Virus record (IMG/VR): IMGVR_UViG_3300043220_000065
Span: 1-31,239 of that record
Strand: one strand, 5' to 3'
Length of the DNA: 31,239 nt
Origin: a virus
Lineage: Duplodnaviria > Caudoviricetes
Position numbers and translations under genes: made by a program
Shown: positions 13,961 through 23,230 of the stretch, in pieces
Layout of the letters: each line of letters starts with the position of its first letter
How positions within the stretch are numbered: the stretch's first letter is position 1
The notes under the pieces: generated by a model
The model's database searches: none
The model's input: only the letters and a program-made list of their open reading frames with translations
What the model was told of the DNA's origin: nothing

Positions 13961-16303
13961 ATGTCCTCTTATGAAAAGCCCCGTAAAAAAGTAGTAAGAT
14001 TCAACTTGATTACGGGTGAGGAAACCTACGCTTCTCAGACCGCTCAGAACCCTATCACTTCTCGTCGTGTTTCCTCTCTCATCCCAACCCTAGCCGGTGA
14101 ACTCGAACGCGAGCGGCCCCGCCCAAAGTACAGCGCCTCGGTAGCTCTTGGTGCCGCTATAACGTGGCTCCACCAGTTCGACAAGAAAGCCTCTGATGGA
14201 ACATTCACACGACACTTTTTTGTCTTCTCCAACTTGAAACTCTACAAAGACATTTCTGGAACCTGGACTGAAGTAACCGCAGTCGGTAATCTCGCGGGTA
14301 TCCCCCAAGCCGTCAACCTCAACAACCTGATGCACCTTTCTGATGGTCAGAATAGGTTTATTTTCGATGGTATATCGTGGGTAAAGGAAGGACTTCAAAT
14401 ACCTCTCGTTGCTCCTGAACTTGACACCGCCCCTGCCGGAACTTTGAACATCGTCACCAACCGTTTCTACTGGACGACCTGGGTGGATCAGGGTGTAGAT
14501 AGCGTTCCGGTTCTATCCTCTACGGGAAACATTGGCGGCGTTCGAACCATTGGGAACGACGGGCTCTCCGAAGTCGTTGACGCCCACATCGGTCGGTTCA
14601 TTGTTATTACCACTGGCCCGTTGGCGGGAGAACGTCGTCGGATAAAAAGCAACACTGCCACTCTTTTCACCTACGACGATGAGGAACCGGACTTGGCTTT
14701 CGGTTTTGGTGACGGCTTCGATGTCGTAATTGGCAGCGTTCCAGAAAGGCTACACGAGTCCACCAGTAGCCCGAGATCGGTTGGTACGGGGGCTCTCACA
14801 AGCAAAAAGGTGAAGGTTACGCAACAGCCCGGAACTGTTACTACCAACTCTGCCAACAAGATTGTCACCGGGACAGGAACCGGCTTTTACCCTGGACAGG
14901 AAGGTATGCGTCTGTACGTTGACGGGACGGATTTTGGAACCATTCTTACTGTTTTGAGTGCTACTGTTCTTACCCTTACAGAGAATTCCCCTTCTACGGA
15001 GTCCGGCGTGGATTTTGTCATTGCTCCCCAACGAGCGACTCACTGGTACGTCTACGCCTCTGAAGCTGAAAACTCTGGTGTTGGTCTGCTACTGGCGAAG
15101 AAAACCATTCTTACTATGTTCCATGACGATGAATCTCCTTTTGCCGGTCAGAGTGGAAACCTTTTTAGTCCCATCGAGCGCCCTATCCGTAACGACCCTG
15201 CTCCTGACAGTAAGATTATGTCTGTCCACAAGGGACGTATCTTTCGCTCTCGTCCTACTTTTCCTAATTTCTTCAACTTCACCGCCGCCGAGGAAGTAGA
15301 ATCCACTCAAGCTGGTTCTCCTCAAGAAAGTGTCCCCGGAGCCGACCCTAACACTCTTAGCGATCTCGTAAACGAGGCAAGTTTTCCAGACGAGTCGGAT
15401 ATTATCAAAGGGATGACCAGTCATGGTGATGCTCTCTACATTGGTACAGAAGACGACATTCTCCCTCTCTACGGGGACTCCATAGATAGTTTCGCCATCT
15501 CCACTGTAATCAATTTCAAGGTCGGTCAGTCGGGTAGATTTGGGGCGATAAGCACTCCCTATGGCTTTGCGTTTATCAGTCACGATAAGAAGGCATACAT
15601 CTATCCTGAACAGGCCCCACCTCCAAAAGAAATGGAGGCGACCGCTATTCTTGTGGAGTTCGGGCAGCCTCAGAGGAAAAAACTGGAACTTATTAAGGGC
15701 TCGGAATTAGTAGACGTTCGAACCAAATACTACAAATGGGGCCGTCGAAACTGGTTCGTTCTTACTTATCAGGACACAAGCAGTGTTTTTCATACTCTCA
15801 TCTACGACTTCGACATCAACGGCTGGGCTGAACTGTCGGGAGCAATCGCGTCTCTCGCCACATGGGAAGTAGGGGAAGGGGATACGGTTCTGGTTGGAGG
15901 GGGGACGGATGGAAATGTCTATATTCTTGACGACCTCACTGGAACGTATTCCATTACTGGCCTAAACTTTCCCGAAGGCAATTTCCGTCCCGCGCTGATG
16001 GATTTCGGCCGGCCCGACGAGAGAAACCTTTTTCGCTATCTTGAGTTCGAAGTAAGCAATGAAAACCTTCCCATTGAAGTCCGTTACTGGTTCGATCCGG
16101 TGGATGTGGACAACCCTGGAACTGGTATAATTCTAAACATGGGGAAACTCACAAATTCAGCCAACCGTTTTCGCGGTTTTCCAACTCAAGGCGGTTTTTG
16201 TCAGCGGTTGCTAGTTGAAATCAAAATCCTCGCGGGGACGGAGGCTGGAACAATTCGTGGAATAGTAGTAAAAACTGATCCGGTCTCAAACTTGGCGATA
16301 TAA
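13961..16303 (+). CDS. Tail nozzle/stabilisation protein (tail tubular protein B or P22 gp10-like)
   Basis: 780-aa beta-rich protein after the adaptor; propeller-like strands (VHKGRIF, LIYDFDINGWAEL). Confidence 0.75.
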   Translation: MSSYEKPRKKVVRFNLITGEETYASQTAQNPITSRRVSSLIPTLAGELERERPRPKYSASVALGAAITWLHQFDKKASDGTFTRHFFVFSNLKLYKDISGTWTEVTAVGNLAGIPQAVNLNNLMHLSDGQNRFIFDGISWVKEGLQIPLVAPELDTAPAGTLNIVTNRFYWTTWVDQGVDSVPVLSSTGNIGGVRTIGNDGLSEVVDAHIGRFIVITTGPLAGERRRIKSNTATLFTYDDEEPDLAFGFGDGFDVVIGSVPERLHESTSSPRSVGTGALTSKKVKVTQQPGTVTTNSANKIVTGTGTGFYPGQEGMRLYVDGTDFGTILTVLSATVLTLTENSPSTESGVDFVIAPQRATHWYVYASEAENSGVGLLLAKKTILTMFHDDESPFAGQSGNLFSPIERPIRNDPAPDSKIMSVHKGRIFRSRPTFPNFFNFTAAEEVESTQAGSPQESVPGADPNTLSDLVNEASFPDESDIIKGMTSHGDALYIGTEDDILPLYGDSIDSFAISTVINFKVGQSGRFGAISTPYGFAFISHDKKAYIYPEQAPPPKEMEATAILVEFGQPQRKKLELIKGSELVDVRTKYYKWGRRNWFVLTYQDTSSVFHTLIYDFDINGWAELSGAIASLATWEVGEGDTVLVGGGTDGNVYILDDLTGTYSITGLNFPEGNFRPALMDFGRPDERNLFRYLEFEVSNENLPIEVRYWFDPVDVDNPGTGIILNMGKLTNSANRFRGFPTQGGFCQRLLVEIKILAGTEAGTIRGIVVKTDPVSNLAI

Positions 16304-16305
16304 TC

Positions 16306-16770
16306 ATGGCGAGAAATCTTCCAACTATCCCCGGTAGCCCTTATTTCAAAATCTGGGCGCGTAGTTTAGCTCCTAGCGTTCAGGGTGCTCGCGCAAAAAA
16401 AGCTCCCTGGCAATTCAAGGCCGATGGAAAGACTGATGGGATATTGCTAACTTGGGCAACTGTGATGGGGGCGGATGGCTATGAGATTTGGAAGAGCGAG
16501 GATGCTGATTTCTCTACTGCTGTAACCATCATTCCAATCCCGCAACAGCAGCAAAACTCCTATTTCGACGCTCTCGGGGCGACATCCATACAGAGATTCT
16601 ACAAAATTCGCTCCACTTCTGGAACGCTTGCAAAACCGCACACGCTTCGTGGGCCTTTGAGCGGGATCGTCACTGAGACTTCTGGCTCTGGAACCTCTGC
16701 AACCGATACGACAACTACCGACCAGACCCAATCTACGACGCGGTTTAGAGTGGACCCGACCTTTGTATAG
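16306..16770 (+). CDS. Virion protein with a fibronectin type III-like domain
   Basis: ILLTW...GADGYEIWKS...YFD...FYKIRS pattern. Confidence 0.65.
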   Translation: MARNLPTIPGSPYFKIWARSLAPSVQGARAKKAPWQFKADGKTDGILLTWATVMGADGYEIWKSEDADFSTAVTIIPIPQQQQNSYFDALGATSIQRFYKIRSTSGTLAKPHTLRGPLSGIVTETSGSGTSATDTTTTDQTQSTTRFRVDPTFV

Positions 16771-16778
16771 GAGTAGGG

Positions 16779-17273
16779 ATGTTCTCTGACATAAAAATTC
16801 GCGCTTATCGTCCTCAAGACGTTGTAAAACTGAAGAAATTCCTTGAGGAGTCGAAAATAGACGCAGACCTTCTTTTACCTCATGGTTTTGTGGGACAAGC
16901 TACGGAGACAGTAATCGCTGAGAATGAGAAAGACATTCTCTGCGCCATTACTGGTACTCTAGCCATAGTGCTGGACCCACTTGTAAGGAATCCAGATGCC
17001 AAGAAGATGGAGGTCGTTCCTGCTATTATCCAGGCTGCCCGTGCTTTGGAGTTCTACGGAACCATGCACGGTGTCACTGAAGCCTATGCTGTTATTTCCA
17101 ACGACTTGGAAAACTTTCAGAGATTCGTCGAGCGCATGGGCTATGAAAGAGTCTCAGAGGGATGTGGGATTTTTAAGAGGTTGCTTGTCCCAAACGATGC
17201 GTGTAACCTCCAGAACAGAGTAGAAGGGAAAGAGGAGAAGGACGATGAAGGTCACGACCCGAGCAATTTATGA
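16779..17273 (+). CDS. GNAT-fold (acetyltransferase-like) protein
   Basis: IKIRAYRPQD start and N...QRFVERMGYE motif B; position matches T7 gp13-type genes. Confidence 0.65.
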   Translation: MFSDIKIRAYRPQDVVKLKKFLEESKIDADLLLPHGFVGQATETVIAENEKDILCAITGTLAIVLDPLVRNPDAKKMEVVPAIIQAARALEFYGTMHGVTEAYAVISNDLENFQRFVERMGYERVSEGCGIFKRLLVPNDACNLQNRVEGKEEKDDEGHDPSNL

Positions 17274-18003
17274 TATTGAGACAGGTGCTCTTCTCTATGA
17301 AGAGTTCTTCTCCTACGATGGTCCTGTCGCTGAGTGTGGGAGTCTCAAGGGACGTGGCCGGCGCAAAGAGGAGAAGGCGAGGGCTAAACGTCTCGCCGAC
17401 CAACAGGAGCGTCTAGCCGGGGAAGCTGAAGCTGTTCAGCGTGAGAGTCGTGCTCGGGCGGAGCCTTTCGTTCAATCTTTGGAAGCCACCGCTCCAGGTC
17501 AACTCTCTCCTTACTCCCAGGCCACGTATGCTTCTTCTCTTGAAGATATTATAAGAACATATAGAAGTCTTCGTGAATCTGGTCTAGCTGCCCTCAATCG
17601 TTCAGGATTTGGTCGCGCTCCATCGGGCTTCCGTGGCTCATTTATGAGCACCGCCGCTCGCGGAGAACAGGAAGCGTCAGGCAGGGCGTTTCGTGGCGCA
17701 CTTCAAGATACCTATGGGCAAGGACTTCAGGCGCTTGGGTATCGGTCCGGTCAGCAACAGTTTTATGACCCAACCCGTCGAATCGGTGCTGCCTCTGACC
17801 TTGGACAACGTAGATATGGAATGCAAGACCCTAGTATTTTTGGAGATGTGATGTCTGGTCTCTCGCTCATGGCCGCACCTTTCTCGGGTGGGGCGAGTCT
17901 GGCTGGTCTTGCTGGGAAGGGATTGAAGGGGTTGGGTGGATTGTTTAAGGGGCCAGTAAGGGGCACTACTTCTGTTGGTGCTGGTAGCTGGGGTGGATTT
18001 TAA
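17245..18003 (+). CDS. Ejection/pilot (internal virion) protein
   Basis: Ala/Gln/Gly-rich helical protein with a Gly-rich hydrophobic C-terminus; first of three post-tail genes. Confidence 0.6.
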   Translation: MKVTTRAIYDIETGALLYEEFFSYDGPVAECGSLKGRGRRKEEKARAKRLADQQERLAGEAEAVQRESRARAEPFVQSLEATAPGQLSPYSQATYASSLEDIIRTYRSLRESGLAALNRSGFGRAPSGFRGSFMSTAARGEQEASGRAFRGALQDTYGQGLQALGYRSGQQQFYDPTRRIGAASDLGQRRYGMQDPSIFGDVMSGLSLMAAPFSGGASLAGLAGKGLKGLGGLFKGPVRGTTSVGAGSWGGF

Positions 18004-18992
18004 TGGGTTGGGGAGGTCCAGTTACGCCGCGTCCCTCTGAGGACGTAAACCAAAAAGGTGGTGGTCTCGGCCGTCTCAACCAAATCCTTCAGATTATCAG
18101 CGCCGTATCCGCTCGGCTAGGCGCTGCGGCTGGTGATCCAAGGGGTATGCAATACGAGCAGCAACGCAAAGGAGAGGCCCGTCAAAGTCTCCTCGACAAA
18201 CAAACGAGAGAGGACAGGACAGCGCGACTGGAATTGGAGAGAGGTCGATTTGGGTTGGAAGAAAAGAGATTCGAGCGCCAGGAAGGTTTGGATCGATTGA
18301 AGAAACCCGGTCGAATAATCACTGGCGCGAAAGGTGGTCTGTGGCAGATACCTGCTGAAGGTGGGCCGGCTGTGCCTCAAACAAGGCAAGCCCTCCCAGC
18401 CGAGGTATCTGGTGTCGCTCCCGGTACTCTGGGGCCTGAATTGCCGCCCGAGATGCAAGCGGCGATTGGGCGTGAAGGTGTTCAGATGCAACAGTTTCAA
18501 AAGCCGGCAGCGCCAGCAAAAGACGCGGCTCTCAACGAGTTTAGGCTTTGGGTGGAACAAAATCCCGACCGTCCTGTTTCGGAGTTTTGGGCAGGAAAGG
18601 CCGAGTACGCGAAACCGACCTCCTTTCAAGAGGAAGTTAGGTTCTATATGCAGAACCCTGAACTCTATCGAGCGATGAAAGGGGACAAACAAGCCGCGTT
18701 CACAAAGGATGCTGCAAATAAAGCCCACAGTACGGCCCTTGGGATAATGAGACAAAGGTATCCTTTTGGTGCCCCTGATGACCCCGAACAGTACGACAAG
18801 GAATTTCAAGCAGAGTTCGATAAAGCCCTTCGGCGGCTTGTCCCTGGAGAGGCTGCTCCGGTTGCTGCTCCAACTCCAGGGGCTAAAACCATCTCCTTGA
18901 GTGAGATTCGTTCTAGGGCCAGTCGTCTGGGAATTAGCGCCGAACAGGCTGTCGAAAACGCGAAAGCGGCTGGGTATGAAGTTACCCCATAA
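18003..18992 (+). CDS. Internal virion/ejection protein
   Basis: TAATG-coupled; coiled-coil segments; position. Confidence 0.55.
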   Translation: MGWGGPVTPRPSEDVNQKGGGLGRLNQILQIISAVSARLGAAAGDPRGMQYEQQRKGEARQSLLDKQTREDRTARLELERGRFGLEEKRFERQEGLDRLKKPGRIITGAKGGLWQIPAEGGPAVPQTRQALPAEVSGVAPGTLGPELPPEMQAAIGREGVQMQQFQKPAAPAKDAALNEFRLWVEQNPDRPVSEFWAGKAEYAKPTSFQEEVRFYMQNPELYRAMKGDKQAAFTKDAANKAHSTALGIMRQRYPFGAPDDPEQYDKEFQAEFDKALRRLVPGEAAPVAAPTPGAKTISLSEIRSRASRLGISAEQAVENAKAAGYEVTP

Positions 18993-21900
18993 TGCCTCTC
19001 CACGAGAAGAAGAAGCAACTCGATGAGATCGACCGCGTTCTTCTCGGTCAGGCCGGTAGACCGCCTCTATCCCCAACGAACCCACCCGATGAAATCGACA
19101 AAGCTCTTCTTGGGCTACTGCCCTCTCAGCAAGTAGTTGGATTCGATGAGGCGCATCCGTTTCTAGGGAAGGTCTATGATGTTCTTGGTACGGTGAATCG
19201 TTTTCTTCGTGGCCCCATTTCAAAGCAGCTTGGGGGCTCTTCCTTTGCTGAATTAGCAGAGGTTCACATCCCCTCTGCCGAAGAACTTGCCAAAGGTGGG
19301 ACAACACTAGACTACTATAAGGCTATGGGTGCCGACGCAGCTAGAATTGCTGCACAACTCGGGGACTTCATTCAATCTCCGGCTGGCGTGGCCGCTCTTG
19401 GGGCAACAATAGGAACTGGTGGTGCTGCTGGCCCTTATATTGCCGCTGGGTTTGGTGCTGAAGCGGCTGTAGAGACTCCTGAAGCGATAAGAGCATACCT
19501 TGAGAACCCAACTCCTGAAAATCTCCAGAAAGCTCTGTTGACTCCTGGATTCGCTGCACTTATGGCTTCGGCTGCTGGTCAGGCTGCTAAAGCTGGTGCT
19601 CCTCCACCACCTCCTGCTGGAACATATGAGTTCCCCCAAGTGCCCCCCGAGGTAAGGGGTCCTCCTAAGCAACTTCGCGCCGCTCCCACAGTTCTTCCAC
19701 CTCCCCCTGGTTCTGTCCTTGGTGCTTTGGATAGAACTGAATTCAAAGTTACTACCGAACCGCCGCGATCTTTTGCTGACATCCCCGAAGCTGGAGTACG
19801 CACTGGCGAACCAATGATGGTTCGTCCTATCAAGCGGACAGTAAAGAAACTGACAAGGGTTGAACAGGCTGCTTTGGATAGACAGTATCTTGAGAACATT
19901 CCCGAAGAGCTACAAAAAGGATTTGAGGCTGAGGGGATGGAGAGAACGTTCCTGGGTCAACCAGAAGCTCCAGTCGAACCCCGTCTCGTAATGGCTCCAA
20001 CAGATGTTACGAGGTTTTTTGAGCCACCGACGCCAACATCAAGACAACTCCCAGCAATGGCCGGCCCGTCGCGTGAGATTCCTGGAAGACTACCGGGCGC
20101 GGCTCAGGCGAAGGAAGCGATTCCACTGCCGGAGAAGTTCGCGGCCCCTGTCGAACCGGGAATGCCTCCCGCGCTTAGAGAAGTGATTTCGCCTAAACCC
20201 GAAAGATTGGCACCAGAAGAGGTCGAAGCTCTTGCTAGACCACAACGACTTCTGACTGAGGCTCGACAGGCACTTGCTACGGAAGAGCGCGCGTATGGCC
20301 CGGACACGGTAATCGCCAAAGCTCTAAGAAAAGCGATTGCGAGACGAGAAGAGTTGCCCAAACCTCAACCTATCTCTCCCTTGGAAGCCAAAGAACTTGG
20401 TGTAGCCCCTGAGCGTGTCCCTGAAGTGTTGCGTCGTCAAAGGGAGGCTGAGGCTGTTGGGAAGAAAGCAGCCGAACGGATACCTGCGAGACCGTCACTC
20501 GTTATGAAGGGTCTTACCAAGAAGGAAGTAGCGAAGCGAGCAAAGTTGATAGAACGTGGAAAAGTTGAGGAGATTCCCGAAGTCTACCGTACAATGCCAT
20601 TAGAGACATTAAAAGGATTCGCCAAGCAAGGCGTTCGTGCGGCCAAACAAGAACTCAAGCGCCGCACGCGGGGTGAGCGGGTTCCTGAAGACGCTGAAGC
20701 CTTTGATCTTGGACTTCAGGCCAATCCTATTTTTAACCCAAGGGTTTGGGAGACGATGGATAAGTCTATTTCTCAAACTATTACTAAACCTATTATTGAG
20801 AGAATAAAGAGTAGTCTCAAAAAATTCGTGGACGAAAAGTTACCGCCGGAGGTGGGTGATTTTATCAAGCGCCGACTTTTCTATCACAAAGAGGCCGAGA
20901 GGATTATCAAAAACGCCGCCTTAGAAACAGACCTAAGAGTGGATTTAAACGAGCAACTTCTAAGAATAGTTCTGGACGAGAAGCCCACCCCAGGAGAATT
21001 GCTTGTCGCTGACCGGATTTCAAGAGGCGTCCCGGCAGACCTGAGACCCGGAAACCTGAAGGAGAAGACGCGGGGGGTTGCCCAAGCACTTCATCGCCAC
21101 GCTCAAAAGATAACATCTGAGAGGGCAGCGGTTGGTTTACCTACCCGTGACATATGGATGGAAGGGCCGAAGCACTGGTATCCGAACCTTTGGAAACAAC
21201 ACCTGTTTTCCCCAAGTATGGTCGCAGGCCGTCTCTTTGGATTTACAAAGGGAGGCCGTCGTTTCAAACCGCCCAGTAAAGAAGAACTTGGGAGTGTCAA
21301 ATATCCCCGGAAGACAGACCGCTGGTGGGTAATGGACGATACCGGCAGATTGGTAAAAATGGGGAAAGGCTTCGCTGTTTTCACGGAGAAAGCTGCCGCC
21401 GAAAAGTTTGTGGCGGACAATACTGGCTATGTAATTCAATTCTTTGAAAAGGGGAAAGGCCACCAACTCCAAGAGCTAAGATTCAACAAAGCCAGCGCGA
21501 GAAGCAAGTGGATGAAAGAGAATCGGGATAGGATTACCCCTCGGCGGCAGTTTAAGGACGAACCACTACGAATCGTTGAGCCCATGACCCACGAACAAGC
21601 CGTCGCTCATGGGTTAATTGAGGACTTGGTTACAAATGTTCGGCATGGGTTTGGTAAGGAGATTGCACTCCTCGCTAAAACAAAGGCGTTGGCTAGATTG
21701 GGGAGGGAACTCGCAGTTGACACACCCGTAGAGGGTTACGTCAATCTTACTGAAAGAGGCTTCGTTATTCCCAAAGCTCTTTCTGAGAGGAACGTCGATA
21801 TAGCCCGTTTGCGGGATGGTTATGTTCCCAGGGATGTGGCAGATACGATCATGGCGTTCTATGGGAAGCGCGGCTACGTAAATCGCTGGACAAATCGTTT

Positions 21901-23230
21901 TCTCTACACCGAAGGCCAGATGCGGAAGTGGGTAACAGTCCGCGCCCCCTGGCGGTGGGTTCGGCAAATCCCAGAGAACGAACTTCTGCTTGCCTTCGCT
22001 GATTCCAGAGCGTCTTTTAATGTTTTCGCTCGATGGAGAGCGGTAAAGGAGTTTACAGAGGGCCTTCGCGGCGGAAAAAGGACGAAAGCCTACAATGAGT
22101 ACAGAAATTCAAGGCTAATCCAACAGGACTTCTTCCGAGGTGAATTCCAGGAGTTGTGGGATGTTCTCGGCAAACAGGGGCTTCTTGAGAAAGTCAATGA
22201 ACTCTCCCTTTACGAGCGAACCCTGCTGGCTGCTGAAAAGAGCCCGGTCGCCAGGAAATTTCTACAGCTTGATCGTTTTGCAGAAAGGCTTTATCGCGCT
22301 GAAGACCAGTTTTACAAGTTCTATCTTTTCAAGACTCTTCGGGAACGGGGAGTGTCTGTTAAGGACGCCGCAGACAGAGTTAGCAATAGCTTCTTTAACT
22401 ATTTTGATGTCCCCCCAATTGTCAAATCAGCCAATCGTATTATCCCGTTCATGCCGAACATTGCCTTTCAGTATGCTCGTGTCTTTGGCACCGCCCTTCG
22501 TGATCGACCAGCAACGGCTACAATGAAGATTGCCCTGGCAATACACGGTTGGTTCTTTATGCGCGACCAGTTTATGAAAATGGCCGGGATAACTGAGGAG
22601 GATTTAGAGGCGATGGGCGACCTTGCACCGGGTCTCCATGAGGTTATCATTCCGATCACAGACAGCAAAGGTAGAAATTTCAAAGTATCCCTTCTCTGGT
22701 TCCTCCCCTACGGGGAAATTTTCATGCTGAACGATTTGATGCGAGCCTACGACGTTGAACAGGGTGCGGCTGGTCTTCTCAGACGGTTTGTTCCTATGGT
22801 CCTTCAACCTCTAATGACGTTGGTTAGTTTTAAGGGGCCGTTTGGCCGAAAGATTCTACGCGGGACAGAAACGTGGGGAAGGGCAGCGAAAAAAGTAGCT
22901 GCGGCAATGGCGTGGGGATGGATGCCTGGACTTGCAGGGCAGTACTGGCATAGACTTTATCTAAACGCCACCGCCGGCCCTGAAAGAAAACAGCCTTGGT
23001 GGTTGCAAGGGCTTGTTGAACCCGTTACGGGACGAGTAGAGGCATTTCGTCCCGAAGAGAAGATAGATTTGGCGCGTGGTTTGAAGGCAGGAAAATATGG
23101 TAGACTTGCAAGGGAGATAAGACGAATTCAGAGAAAGGTAATAAAGGGTACGGCCTCTGCTGCTGACATGGAAGAGTTGAGGTACTTGAAAGGGCAGGTT
23201 CGGGAGTTCCAAAAGAGGGAAAAGAAATGA
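18992..23230 (+). CDS. Large internal virion/ejection protein (1412 aa)
   Basis: Size and position; Gly/Ala hydrophobic stretch near the N-terminus, Pro-rich linker, helical C-terminal domain with hydrophobic segments. Confidence 0.7.
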   Translation: MPLHEKKKQLDEIDRVLLGQAGRPPLSPTNPPDEIDKALLGLLPSQQVVGFDEAHPFLGKVYDVLGTVNRFLRGPISKQLGGSSFAELAEVHIPSAEELAKGGTTLDYYKAMGADAARIAAQLGDFIQSPAGVAALGATIGTGGAAGPYIAAGFGAEAAVETPEAIRAYLENPTPENLQKALLTPGFAALMASAAGQAAKAGAPPPPPAGTYEFPQVPPEVRGPPKQLRAAPTVLPPPPGSVLGALDRTEFKVTTEPPRSFADIPEAGVRTGEPMMVRPIKRTVKKLTRVEQAALDRQYLENIPEELQKGFEAEGMERTFLGQPEAPVEPRLVMAPTDVTRFFEPPTPTSRQLPAMAGPSREIPGRLPGAAQAKEAIPLPEKFAAPVEPGMPPALREVISPKPERLAPEEVEALARPQRLLTEARQALATEERAYGPDTVIAKALRKAIARREELPKPQPISPLEAKELGVAPERVPEVLRRQREAEAVGKKAAERIPARPSLVMKGLTKKEVAKRAKLIERGKVEEIPEVYRTMPLETLKGFAKQGVRAAKQELKRRTRGERVPEDAEAFDLGLQANPIFNPRVWETMDKSISQTITKPIIERIKSSLKKFVDEKLPPEVGDFIKRRLFYHKEAERIIKNAALETDLRVDLNEQLLRIVLDEKPTPGELLVADRISRGVPADLRPGNLKEKTRGVAQALHRHAQKITSERAAVGLPTRDIWMEGPKHWYPNLWKQHLFSPSMVAGRLFGFTKGGRRFKPPSKEELGSVKYPRKTDRWWVMDDTGRLVKMGKGFAVFTEKAAAEKFVADNTGYVIQFFEKGKGHQLQELRFNKASARSKWMKENRDRITPRRQFKDEPLRIVEPMTHEQAVAHGLIEDLVTNVRHGFGKEIALLAKTKALARLGRELAVDTPVEGYVNLTERGFVIPKALSERNVDIARLRDGYVPRDVADTIMAFYGKRGYVNRWTNRFLYTEGQMRKWVTVRAPWRWVRQIPENELLLAFADSRASFNVFARWRAVKEFTEGLRGGKRTKAYNEYRNSRLIQQDFFRGEFQELWDVLGKQGLLEKVNELSLYERTLLAAEKSPVARKFLQLDRFAERLYRAEDQFYKFYLFKTLRERGVSVKDAADRVSNSFFNYFDVPPIVKSANRIIPFMPNIAFQYARVFGTALRDRPATATMKIALAIHGWFFMRDQFMKMAGITEEDLEAMGDLAPGLHEVIIPITDSKGRNFKVSLLWFLPYGEIFMLNDLMRAYDVEQGAAGLLRRFVPMVLQPLMTLVSFKGPFGRKILRGTETWGRAAKKVAAAMAWGWMPGLAGQYWHRLYLNATAGPERKQPWWLQGLVEPVTGRVEAFRPEEKIDLARGLKAGKYGRLAREIRRIQRKVIKGTASAADMEELRYLKGQVREFQKREKK

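Noticed and set aside
18117-19307. 396-aa minus-strand ORF
   Set aside because: Fully antisense to two coupled + strand structural genes, with no recognisable motif; treated as a shadow ORF
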